A stretch of 24,703 nt of DNA from a virus (lineage: Duplodnaviria; Caudoviricetes): IMG/VR virus record IMGVR_UViG_3300028581_001803, positions 1-24,703 of that record. One strand, written 5' to 3'. A program made the position numbers and the translations under genes. How positions within the stretch are numbered: position 1 is the first letter of the stretch; every line of letters begins with the position of its first letter. The notes under the pieces are model-generated. The model had not been told where the DNA came from and searched no databases. It saw only the letters and a list, made by a program, of their open reading frames with translations. Positions 17,301-23,368 of this stretch are shown one piece after another.

Positions 17301-17823
17301 AGCTGCCAATGCCACACAGACAGTGAATACCAATACCAGCACCACTGTGACTGCATCAGGCACTGGTGCTTCATACGCAGGTAACTTTATATTTTTCACA
17401 CAGGCCACTTGGAACAACTCAGGTGCTGCCAACGGTACCAGAGTGGCCACTGCATTCACTCAATTTCCAGCCAACACTTCTGTGAGTGCTGTGAGCACTA
17501 GAAGATTGGGTACTACCACTGTGATCAGAGCCACATTCACACAGACACTGAGCACTTCTGTGTCAGCAGCTGGCACAGTGACATTCCAGTTTGGAGATCC
17601 ACAGTTTGCACTGCCAGGTGAACAGGTATTCTCATTCTTGGTACAACCAGGTGCATTGAACGCATTAAGTTTGGATGCATTGAAAGAATTGACCACCACT
17701 GCCATAGGTGGCAGAGGCACGTTCCCCAATGGTCCAGACGTGCTGGCCATCAATATCTACAAGATATCAGGCACAGCAGTGAACGGATCTGTTATTTTAC
17801 GTTGGGGTGAAGCTCAGGCGTAA
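11374..17823 (+). CDS. Very large modular virion structural protein (2149 aa) with Thr/Gly repeats and Asp-box/BNR-like beta-propeller repeats
   Basis: Uninterrupted ORF, strongly Ser/Thr/Gly-rich. N-terminal KC.RD..Y..DA...DL.YGGN motif; core motifs YIRYQSGKG, RIG.FD..NGIF, YSWY.AG and YMRTANLPVRYE of T4-like fibre/baseplate proteins; internal repeats. Confidence 0.75.
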   Translation: MAKKQLKNFIFEPGIGKDDGLYTNAAALVLANKAFLQQQVVAFINYNIANSIAPYVGYTYASQKCIRDVGYFIDAVTHDLRYGGNVKSRQVADYFWIDGEPQIRGDVTPETTGQAYLRNIINQYILTKTPVSPTYGNTTPQVFPAGISTESDGPTANTALWNIFSTVITNGPSAMPAKVSGVSSIRLAGQIDASSILLITDVDSGNILYSFADPANSIRVTYKQGRSSGDGNLLSDLDFPSWWQVSDSITTIDLSADTSTLTASANIQFFVEEASTQIRPWEFGTDAIERMRVAAPQAMLDADFEYGLQPTKWQALGTLRMYPSTYEIPGSDLTVLSCTTDASVNTGFFGSSFITVLTSGVHGFTVGQPITVKGLNNTVSGFARAEGSFLVYSVPSSVSFTYYASAKVGTTNGENLLTSFIQIRQAQFFTGAAIGQPSFSVFTNGTTLSVVTALLATTGATTFVYIGSAPTVGSPVTGPVTIPVGTSVSGTVGSASVTTNVLLNTLVTDTLISLTNLTGIQTGMALDVGGTASTINTIAGSQLSLSNQLGTAFKGSNNTNTAVSGTVVAPAGQGAQFDVTRSAGVYTLVQTPGASPTPYNYQQGDRLKILGTALGGATPANDVNILITAAGTGGDIDSFTFAGTSILGGATYSSIGQTSTTGTGTGFQINVTRTGGTGTYSISLVAAGTAYIVTEQVTFAGTLFGGASPANDIVLEVASVTGTGDIITYTVVGSPVGASGNQTYSGTSAANVAHLGSGAEFNITRTTGTYSATINQAGTLYEQGNVITVLGTTLDGATTANDATITVTGITGGGVIDTISISGLGYAGDSITVYPTMAISEPITGNIPAGTALNVGAIATFQVDFQAPHGLVPGTTILSQVTSQPAPELASTSRTFSVGSGTWAVAGSEGIFVAIRAGSTATQRSTNGQTWAAGGVLPSSVSWISIAAGQVGVTTYWVAIASGSTTAAWSVNGGVSWSIASTLMPSSANWSKVTYGDGRFVAVSTGGTAAAYSTDGGVNWVSSTLASSGTWTGVAAGLIGTSTYFVAVASGGTAANYSPDGGANWIATGALPASATWSGISYGNNRFVAISSGSTNAAFSTNGTTWTLSTLPSSSTWNEIIYGDDVFLITATGTTDALTSFTGETGSFTARTLAASSTWDSLAYSFYTGQGFGRFVLTNQSTTALEINLTSANHQLGTGPHVVSAVPSRSTIRFVARTTGIVNTTNSSVTGVVYARPDSFFVHRPFDGGVQLGTGNPSHGSQAIRQSKKYIRYQSGKGIMYTTGGLFAPSYNLSGATASGTAVNSLITFVTDDTDHGVQAGAVVETIGFVSFEYNGEFTVESVIDARRFTARSAVVLSTTTAQLGTDCKMILKRWHGSCVRIGAFDEQNGIFYQYDGNEMAVVRRSSTNQLTGVVACNVDSNAVQGTGTRFQDQLKEGDKIVIRGMSHLVTQITSQSQMFVTPDWRGANNITGARVCITEELYLPQSQWNLDKLDGTGPSGYDILPWRMQMLGMQYSWYAAGFIEWMLRGADGKFVFLHKIRNSNTNTEAYMRTANLPVRYEVENRTAVNKLYTSINDSVTTVELYDTSKFPTNGVIYVDNEMISYNGKSGRSLTGCTRAATFQSFTAGINRLYTAGVAASHTAGTGVTLISCTATPTISHWGSALLTDGLFDEDRGYIFNYAATGLSVSTAKQTAFMIRLAPSVSNALVGDLGERDLLNRAQLLLNEVAVTTDTGTGTVVIEGVLNPRNYPANPSNITWTGLASSAAGGQPSFAQIALGGSINWGGVPLTTTTATIQGALTTTVTAIGFTTVTQNLTAIANSGFRTQAFRTVNNDFFITNAAYDALTSTPLRVGDRIVVGTYVTTGQTISTITRAYLGSGFTRIVMSSVANANSPIGVNIVAPVQNSISVNYASAYVNGRTDFLITDTNATTSNITLGDVLLVSTYVISSQTVAGITSTYARVNGVNYTRIVMSSAANATQTVNTNTSTTVTASGTGASYAGNFIFFTQATWNNSGAANGTRVATAFTQFPANTSVSAVSTRRLGTTTVIRATFTQTLSTSVSAAGTVTFQFGDPQFALPGEQVFSFLVQPGALNALSLDALKELTTTAIGGRGTFPNGPDVLAINIYKISGTAVNGSVILRWGEAQA
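13093..13850 (+). repeat. Three protein-level repeats with a 90-aa period in the 2149-aa protein
   Basis: GTALGGATPAND (13204), GTLFGGASPAND (13474) and GTTLDGATTAND (13744) are exactly 270 nt apart. Each follows a G..F..TR...G.Y segment. Boundaries approximate. Confidence 0.8.
14070..14940 (+). repeat. Asp-box/BNR-like repeats (putative beta-propeller)
   Basis: STNGQTW (14146), SVNGGVSW (14281), STDGGVNW (14410), SPDGGANW (14545) and STNGTTW (14671), with recurring LPSS..W....YG..RFVA-type segments. Boundaries approximate. Confidence 0.8.
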
Positions 17824-18196
17824 CAATTTTTTGACTGTCTCCTGGCACTATTCTGTAATTGTCTTCCACGCTGTCTGCAGTGGAAACTTCTGTGATTGAA
17901 CTGTTGTCCAACACTGCTTCCAATTGATGAGGTTGCAAAGGAGGATTTCTCCAAGTGTGTCCTTCCAGCAGTTCTTTTTGATAAATTTTACCATCTTTGG
18001 TGTCTATCCAACGCACCAAAAATTTTCCTGCATTCACAAACCAAGTTTCATCTTTGATTTTGTGAAAATGCAATGAACATTTGTTGCCGGCTTTGGTGAA
18101 CACCAGTATTTTTCCACAGTACTGATCATTGGTGGCCCATATCAATTCATAGCCCCAACCTTTGTCCACTTTGCCTTCAGATCTAGTTACAGTCAT
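17792..18196 (-). CDS. Cupin-fold protein, mannose-6-phosphate isomerase (type II C-terminal)-like (134 aa)
   Basis: KGWG.E...YCGKIL, cupin motif 1 SLHFH..KDET.FV..G, motif 2 G......P..PHQL, and EVST....D.YR. ATG 18196 is preferred over the track's TTG 18202. Confidence 0.75.
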   Translation of the reverse strand: MTVTRSEGKVDKGWGYELIWATNDQYCGKILVFTKAGNKCSLHFHKIKDETWFVNAGKFLVRWIDTKDGKIYQKELLEGHTWRNPPLQPHQLEAVLDNSSITEVSTADSVEDNYRIVPGDSQKIVTPELHPNVK

Positions 18197-19001
18197 GTTC
18201 AATGTATTCCTTTATGTTTTTGTATTGGATGTTCACGTGAGTATTTAAAAGACTATTGTCCGCACAGGTGTAACTTTGATATTGTGTTTTTAATTGATCT
18301 GGCATGGGTATCAATTGAATGTGAGCTTTGTATTTTTTGGCTATTAATTCTGCCACAGCAGCAAAACTCACAGGCATTCCTGTGCCCACATTAAAAATAC
18401 CACTGATATTTTTGGTAAGCATTTGTTGATGTATTTCACACACATCTGTGACACACACAAAATCTCTTTGATAGTTTTCACTGTTTTCGAAAAGTTTAAT
18501 TACTCCTGTTTGTTGAGCTTGTTGAATAAATTTTGAAATGGGAGATGCTTGGTTACCTTTGTGTTCTTCATGTGCTCCATACACATTGAAATATCTAAAA
18601 CCTTGCACTGTGATTTTATATGTTTTGGATTGAACTGTTCTATCAAATAAAAACTTGCTCCAAGCATAAGCACTTTGAGGTGACTTGGCGGAATTTTCCT
18701 TAAAGTTTTCGTTATTACCATACACACTGGCAGAACTGGCATATTGAAAATTAACTCCTGACTCTTCACATGCTTGTAAAAGTTTTGTGCTGAAATCATA
18801 GTTCATTAGCATTAATTTTTCCACATCAGTTTCAGTGGTGCTGCTGATAGCACCCAAGTGTATCACTTGATCATACTTGGATACATCTGGAAACACATTG
18901 GCAATATAATCATATCCTTCCACTGTGTGCCCTTTATGCGTCAAATGTTTGAACAGATTTTGACCGATAAATCCCTTGTGTCCTGTGATTAATATTTTCA
19001 T
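18183..19001 (-). CDS. hldD: ADP-L-glycero-D-manno-heptose-6-epimerase (272 aa)
   Basis: ITG..GFIG, H.GAISSTTE, YASSASVYG, catalytic YAWSK, RYFNVYG..E.HKG, RDFV, FNVGTG and YQSYTCAD; adjacent to hldE. Confidence 0.88.
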   Translation of the reverse strand: MKILITGHKGFIGQNLFKHLTHKGHTVEGYDYIANVFPDVSKYDQVIHLGAISSTTETDVEKLMLMNYDFSTKLLQACEESGVNFQYASSASVYGNNENFKENSAKSPQSAYAWSKFLFDRTVQSKTYKITVQGFRYFNVYGAHEEHKGNQASPISKFIQQAQQTGVIKLFENSENYQRDFVCVTDVCEIHQQMLTKNISGIFNVGTGMPVSFAAVAELIAKKYKAHIQLIPMPDQLKTQYQSYTCADNSLLNTHVNIQYKNIKEYIEHDCN

Positions 19002-20248
19002 GATTGTAATCTATCTATGATTTTTGTGGTGGAAAATCCTTCCACTGTGGGAAATATAATCACTTGTGCCAATTCATTGCCCACTGTGGTGGCCACTGTG
19101 TAGTCTCCACCTTTGACGATGATGTCTGGTTTATGTTCTTCTATGGCTGTTTGTGGAGTATCTTCGGAAAATATGATCACTTCATCCACCCAAGGCAACA
19201 TTTCCAATTGACGTTTTCTAATATTAATATCATTTACTGGTCTGCCTTCACCTTTTAATCTACGCACACTGGCATCATCATTGATGCCCACTATTAATTT
19301 TTTGCCTTGATTCCTAGCAAACTTCAACAGTTCCAAATGACCTGTGTGCAGTATATCAAAAACTCCATTGGTCCATACCACTCCTTTGTTTAGATCTTCT
19401 TTGGTGACAGGTGCTACGCCAAATTTTTCTACATTTCTTGCTGCTGCATAACATGCCAATTCACAAGCACGTGGCACAGTCATGCCTTGTTTAATGCCAT
19501 AGGCTATCACTGCCAACACAGTGTCTCCCGCTCCGGTCACATCTGCCACTTCTCTCACAGGTTCTTTCACGTGTGAGTATACACCTTCTTTGGAAACGAT
19601 GTGTATACCTTTGGCTCCATCTGTGATCACCAGCCATTGCCAGTTGTGTGAGTGAGCAAATTTCACAGCTGAATCCGAATCAAACACACCATTCCAAGAT
19701 TCATATTCTTTCATGTTGGGTTTTACTAAAAATGCTCCATCATAATAGTCAGCACTTTGTTTGGGATCTACCAACACCCATTGAGTTTTTTCTAAAATAC
19801 TTTTTACGGTGTGCGATTTAATAACTCCTTTGGCATAATCACTCACTAACACCATGCTTTTTTCTGTGAGAGAAAATAACAATTGTGATAAACAACTGTC
19901 CTTGGTGTATTGTTTTTCTCTATCCCAACGCAATATGTGTTGGCCTCTTTGTTCAACCAATCTTATTTTTGTTGTGGTAATAGGAGCATCTTCTGCTATG
20001 GATAAAAATACATTGCTGTTTTTTAATAAATTTACCAACCCATATCCATCTGTGTCTTTGCCCACTGCTCCATACAATTGCACATCATTGTAAATGGCAG
20101 ACACATTCAACGCCAAATTGGCAGCACCACCTGGAGAAACTTTTTGATTTTGTTCTAATAAAATAGGAATGGGTGCTTCAGGCGACATGCGATCAGCAGT
20201 GCCCATGATCCAACGATCCAGCATTATGTCACCAATTATTTTGATCAT
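18998..20248 (-). CDS. hldE: Bifunctional heptose-7-phosphate kinase / heptose-1-phosphate adenylyltransferase (416 aa)
   Basis: PfkB-type kinase motifs GD.MLDR, R.SPEAP.P, GGAAN.A.N, SDYAKG, VDPK, PN..E and DVTGAGDT. Nucleotidyltransferase motifs TNG.FDILH.GH, G.N.D.SV.RLKG..RP, VKGGDY and STT.II. The true start is ATG 20248 (TAATG overlap with the Nudix stop), not 20365. Confidence 0.93.
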   Translation of the reverse strand: MIKIIGDIMLDRWIMGTADRMSPEAPIPILLEQNQKVSPGGAANLALNVSAIYNDVQLYGAVGKDTDGYGLVNLLKNSNVFLSIAEDAPITTTKIRLVEQRGQHILRWDREKQYTKDSCLSQLLFSLTEKSMVLVSDYAKGVIKSHTVKSILEKTQWVLVDPKQSADYYDGAFLVKPNMKEYESWNGVFDSDSAVKFAHSHNWQWLVITDGAKGIHIVSKEGVYSHVKEPVREVADVTGAGDTVLAVIAYGIKQGMTVPRACELACYAAARNVEKFGVAPVTKEDLNKGVVWTNGVFDILHTGHLELLKFARNQGKKLIVGINDDASVRRLKGEGRPVNDINIRKRQLEMLPWVDEVIIFSEDTPQTAIEEHKPDIIVKGGDYTVATTVGNELAQVIIFPTVEGFSTTKIIDRLQS

Positions 20249-20682
20249 TATAGAAATTTTAACATCTTGAAAACTGTTTCCAGTTTGATTTGATTGGTGC
20301 GATTCTGCAGTGTGTTTCTCAATCCTTGATGCAGAGGTTTGGGCCATTTGCCAAACTGCACCCAAGCATATCCATCATGTTCCTCATTCAATTGGGGTAA
20401 AAATTCTTGTTTGACCACACACAAATAAGTGTGATATAAAAAATTTTCATCATTGCTCACAAAAGTTTCCAAAGGTATAGTTTTTACAATATCCACTGAA
20501 CCCACTTCCTCGCTGATTTCTCTTTTGAGAGATTCCCATGGTGTTTCACTCTCGATATTAGTGCCGCCCACTAACCCCCACACATTGGATTGTTTGCTCT
20601 GTGTTCTGTGCAGAAATAAGAATCTTTTGGTTTGGAGATTATAGAACAAGGCTCCGCAGCCAATTATTTTCTTCATGCTCAT
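20248..20682 (-). CDS. Nudix hydrolase (144 aa)
   Basis: Canonical Nudix box G-TNIES-E-TPWESLK-RE-I-S-EE-V-G; also LNEEH.GYAW. Confidence 0.9.
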   Translation of the reverse strand: MSMKKIIGCGALFYNLQTKRFLFLHRTQSKQSNVWGLVGGTNIESETPWESLKREISEEVGSVDIVKTIPLETFVSNDENFLYHTYLCVVKQEFLPQLNEEHDGYAWVQFGKWPKPLHQGLRNTLQNRTNQIKLETVFKMLKFL

Positions 20683-20687
20683 GTTAA

Positions 20688-20695
20688 TAATTATG
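20688..20695 (-). promoter_or_regulatory. Late promoter-like variant CATAATTA upstream of Nudix-hldE-hldD-cupin
   Basis: Fills most of the 13-nt gap after the gp15-like stop. Ends 5 nt before the ATG, the same spacing as at 10165 and 23316. Confidence 0.4.
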
Positions 20696-22156
20696 CTATA
20701 GACTTAGGTTCCAGGTTCCTTTGCGATATTCGCCTTCAAAACTCAACAGCCAAGTGGCACCGTTCCATTTGTACTGCACACCTGTGTTGAGATTGGTAAC
20801 ATATTTAAAGTCCACCGTTGAATCTTCAGAATTGGCATTAGAGCTGGCATCAAACAATATGTTCCATTGAGTGCCATTCCATTCTATTATGTCATTGGTC
20901 TGTGCCACTAAATCTGCACCGCCGGTGGACTTCCAAGCATCTGCTCCATCCACTTGATTGGCTGCTCCTATGTCATTTAAAATTAATAGTCTAAGTCCAG
21001 TGACTTTGATTGATGTGGGATTGAATGTTGATGGATCCACAATATAATCCACAGTGCCTCTTGTAGTTACTCCACTGAATAGTGTGTTGGTTGGTATTGT
21101 GTCTTGATCCCAATTTACAATCAGTTGATTTTCATTCAAACTGTTCACGGCAAATGTTCCGGACACAGTATTGGATATGTCTTGTCGATCTAAAAGTATT
21201 CTGCTAATGCCTGCTTGATACACCCCTGGATGCGCATCCAACACTTTTTTCCAATTGGTTTGACCAAGTATTCCTTTGTCCACTATTTGCACTGTGCTGT
21301 TCAACACCACTATGTCATAACCTGATCCAGTAGTTAATGACACTGCATCTGCATCTTTTCTAACAGTTTTGCTTATATTGACTTTGCCATCAGCAGTGGT
21401 ATTAATATCTGCTTTGGCATTATTGGCAACTGCATCTTCATAGGCTTTAAGCTCAGGCATGCTGGTTCCTAAATCAATTTCTCCTGATTCTTCATTGAAT
21501 ATGCTAGTGACAATTTTTGTAATTACTCCTAATTTTTTTACTTTAGTTGGAGGACTTATAAAAATAGGAGTGGTAAATTGCAGTGTAGCAATGTCTATCT
21601 CGCTCTCTGTACCTGTGGGAATTCCTCTAGAACTAAAAGTTATTCCATTAAGATCTAACACAGTTAAACTGGTCCAGTCCACAAAATTATCTGTGGTTTG
21701 CAGTTCCAAACTGGGATTGAACAACATTAAAACTTGTTCTAAAATCTGTAATTTTTGATCTGTGTTGGTGGACCATATGTCAACATTTACTCCTAATGTG
21801 TAGGGGGTAGGCATCAATCTTTCCACGGTGTAATTTGCACCTTGTATATTTAAATATTCTTTGTTGTTGGAATCAAAAGCTCTTTCTCTCACATGCAATT
21901 TACTTACATATGAAGCGTCAGCAGTACGTGTGCGATCCATATCCAGTGTGGTTACATAAACTGCCATTCGTGGAGCGCTGGGTATTTTGTTTTCACTGTT
22001 ATCTCTAATTATATTTGCCACTTGTCTGGTCAAATCACCATACATCACAGGTATAGTGGTCAAATTGCCTTTGCCATCTTTGTATGCAAAATTGCTCATT
22101 AATCTCACAATTTGAGTGATGTATCTGCGTATTTGACCGTCGTAAAAAAATTGCAT
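20696..22156 (-). CDS. gp15: Tail sheath stabilizer / tail completion protein, T4 gp15-like, with C-terminal extension (486 aa)
   Basis: N-terminal FYD..IRRY...F, IPV.YG, PRM, P.PY.L....I......LQILEQ...FNP pattern; directly downstream of the gp14-like gene. Confidence 0.75.
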   Translation of the reverse strand: MQFFYDGQIRRYITQIVRLMSNFAYKDGKGNLTTIPVMYGDLTRQVANIIRDNSENKIPSAPRMAVYVTTLDMDRTRTADASYVSKLHVRERAFDSNNKEYLNIQGANYTVERLMPTPYTLGVNVDIWSTNTDQKLQILEQVLMLFNPSLELQTTDNFVDWTSLTVLDLNGITFSSRGIPTGTESEIDIATLQFTTPIFISPPTKVKKLGVITKIVTSIFNEESGEIDLGTSMPELKAYEDAVANNAKADINTTADGKVNISKTVRKDADAVSLTTGSGYDIVVLNSTVQIVDKGILGQTNWKKVLDAHPGVYQAGISRILLDRQDISNTVSGTFAVNSLNENQLIVNWDQDTIPTNTLFSGVTTRGTVDYIVDPSTFNPTSIKVTGLRLLILNDIGAANQVDGADAWKSTGGADLVAQTNDIIEWNGTQWNILFDASSNANSEDSTVDFKYVTNLNTGVQYKWNGATWLLSFEGEYRKGTWNLSL

Positions 22157-22158
22157 GT

Positions 22159-23316
22159 TTAATTGTCCGCTTTGGGTTTAAGTGCTTGAGAAAGACTTTG
22201 TCTCTGTTCTATGGTTTGACCTGCTACTGTGGTAGTATTTGTGTTGTTTATAAATCCTGTTTTTTGAGTATTTCTATTGTTGGTATTGGTCAAGGTCATG
22301 CGCACTGCATCTTCCATTTTTACCCAACGAGATCCGTCATATCTAAACAGTCTATTGGGCAAGAAATCTGTTCTTAAAAAATAATCTCCTTTGGCAGAAC
22401 CCAAAGGAAATCCTATGCCGTGACCGAACACTTCGCCATTGGGAGCAAAACCATCACCTAACAGATAACCATCATAACCATTTCTATCTGGAGTTTGATT
22501 GATTCTATCTGCCATTTCATTGGCAGTGCTGGCATCCAATGTGTTAATATCTGTGGTCACCAGTTCTGGTTTTCCCTGATCGTCTACCTGCAGTGTGTAT
22601 AGATGTTTGGTGTTGTAGCCACTTTTGGCTGTGTCTGCTTCTGCTTGTGCCACCACTGCTGCATTGATCTGCATTTCTTTTTCATAGGTGCTGAGCACAT
22701 CTCGCAGTGTGTTGGTGCTGCCTTCTTCTGCTGGCAAATCCAGTATCTCTTTAAATTCTTGACTGTCCACTATTTGTTTGAGTTTAAGTCTATAAAGATG
22801 CGGATACCAAGTGGGTGAAAATCCTTCTGCTGCTCTATTAATGTCCTGTATCACATAAAATCTTTTCAACGCAACCTGATAATCATTCAATGCGTATTGG
22901 TCTTTGAGATGAGGCAATTCTATCACGTCTCCTGACATTAACTTTCTACCAATGGTTTTTACAGAACTGTTGATGTGTACTGTGAGAAATATGGTGTCAT
23001 TTTGTAGAAATAATCCAAATTGACTCATGTCAAAGTCAATGTCATTCACATTGTAGATACCTCTGATTTGATAGATATTGGGATCATATTTTCTATCTCT
23101 ATTTTCTAAAAATAATAGGTCTTGAATGTTGGTTTCTTTCACAGCATTGTATCTTGGTTGAGTGGCTGTGGCATCTTCTTCTTCAGGATTTACAGGTCCA
23201 AGGTATTTGTGTACAAACACATCGGTACCGCCCACAGTGAACATTTCTGCTATGGTCTGGTCTAAAAATGTGTAATCTTGACCCTTTTCTGGCTTATACA
23301 AACTCAATCTTGGCAT
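22159..23316 (-). CDS. gp14: Neck protein, T4 gp14-like (385 aa)
   Basis: E...G.DV.V.KY, DLLFLE.RDRKY, SQFGL...D.IF.T, GDVI.LP and YRLKLK pattern; lies between the gp13-like and gp15-like genes. Confidence 0.65.
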   Translation of the reverse strand: MPRLSLYKPEKGQDYTFLDQTIAEMFTVGGTDVFVHKYLGPVNPEEEDATATQPRYNAVKETNIQDLLFLENRDRKYDPNIYQIRGIYNVNDIDFDMSQFGLFLQNDTIFLTVHINSSVKTIGRKLMSGDVIELPHLKDQYALNDYQVALKRFYVIQDINRAAEGFSPTWYPHLYRLKLKQIVDSQEFKEILDLPAEEGSTNTLRDVLSTYEKEMQINAAVVAQAEADTAKSGYNTKHLYTLQVDDQGKPELVTTDINTLDASTANEMADRINQTPDRNGYDGYLLGDGFAPNGEVFGHGIGFPLGSAKGDYFLRTDFLPNRLFRYDGSRWVKMEDAVRMTLTNTNNRNTQKTGFINNTNTTTVAGQTIEQRQSLSQALKPKADN

Positions 23317-23321
23317 GCGTA

Positions 23322-23353
23322 TATTTATTCATGCATCCTCCATTGATAAATAT
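23322..23353. promoter_or_regulatory. Back-to-back late promoter-like motifs: AATAAATA (- strand, 23322-23329) and GATAAATAT (+ strand, 23345-23353)
   Basis: Both lie in the 52-nt divergent gap between the gp14-like ATG (23316) and the gp13-like ATG (23369). Confidence 0.65.
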
Positions 23354-23368
23354 GTTATAGGATACACA

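Noticed and set aside
17792-20248. A bacterial chromosomal LPS core locus or host contamination
   Set aside because: The genes overlap directly with a phage Nudix/gp15/gp14 run, and no other LPS or housekeeping genes are present.
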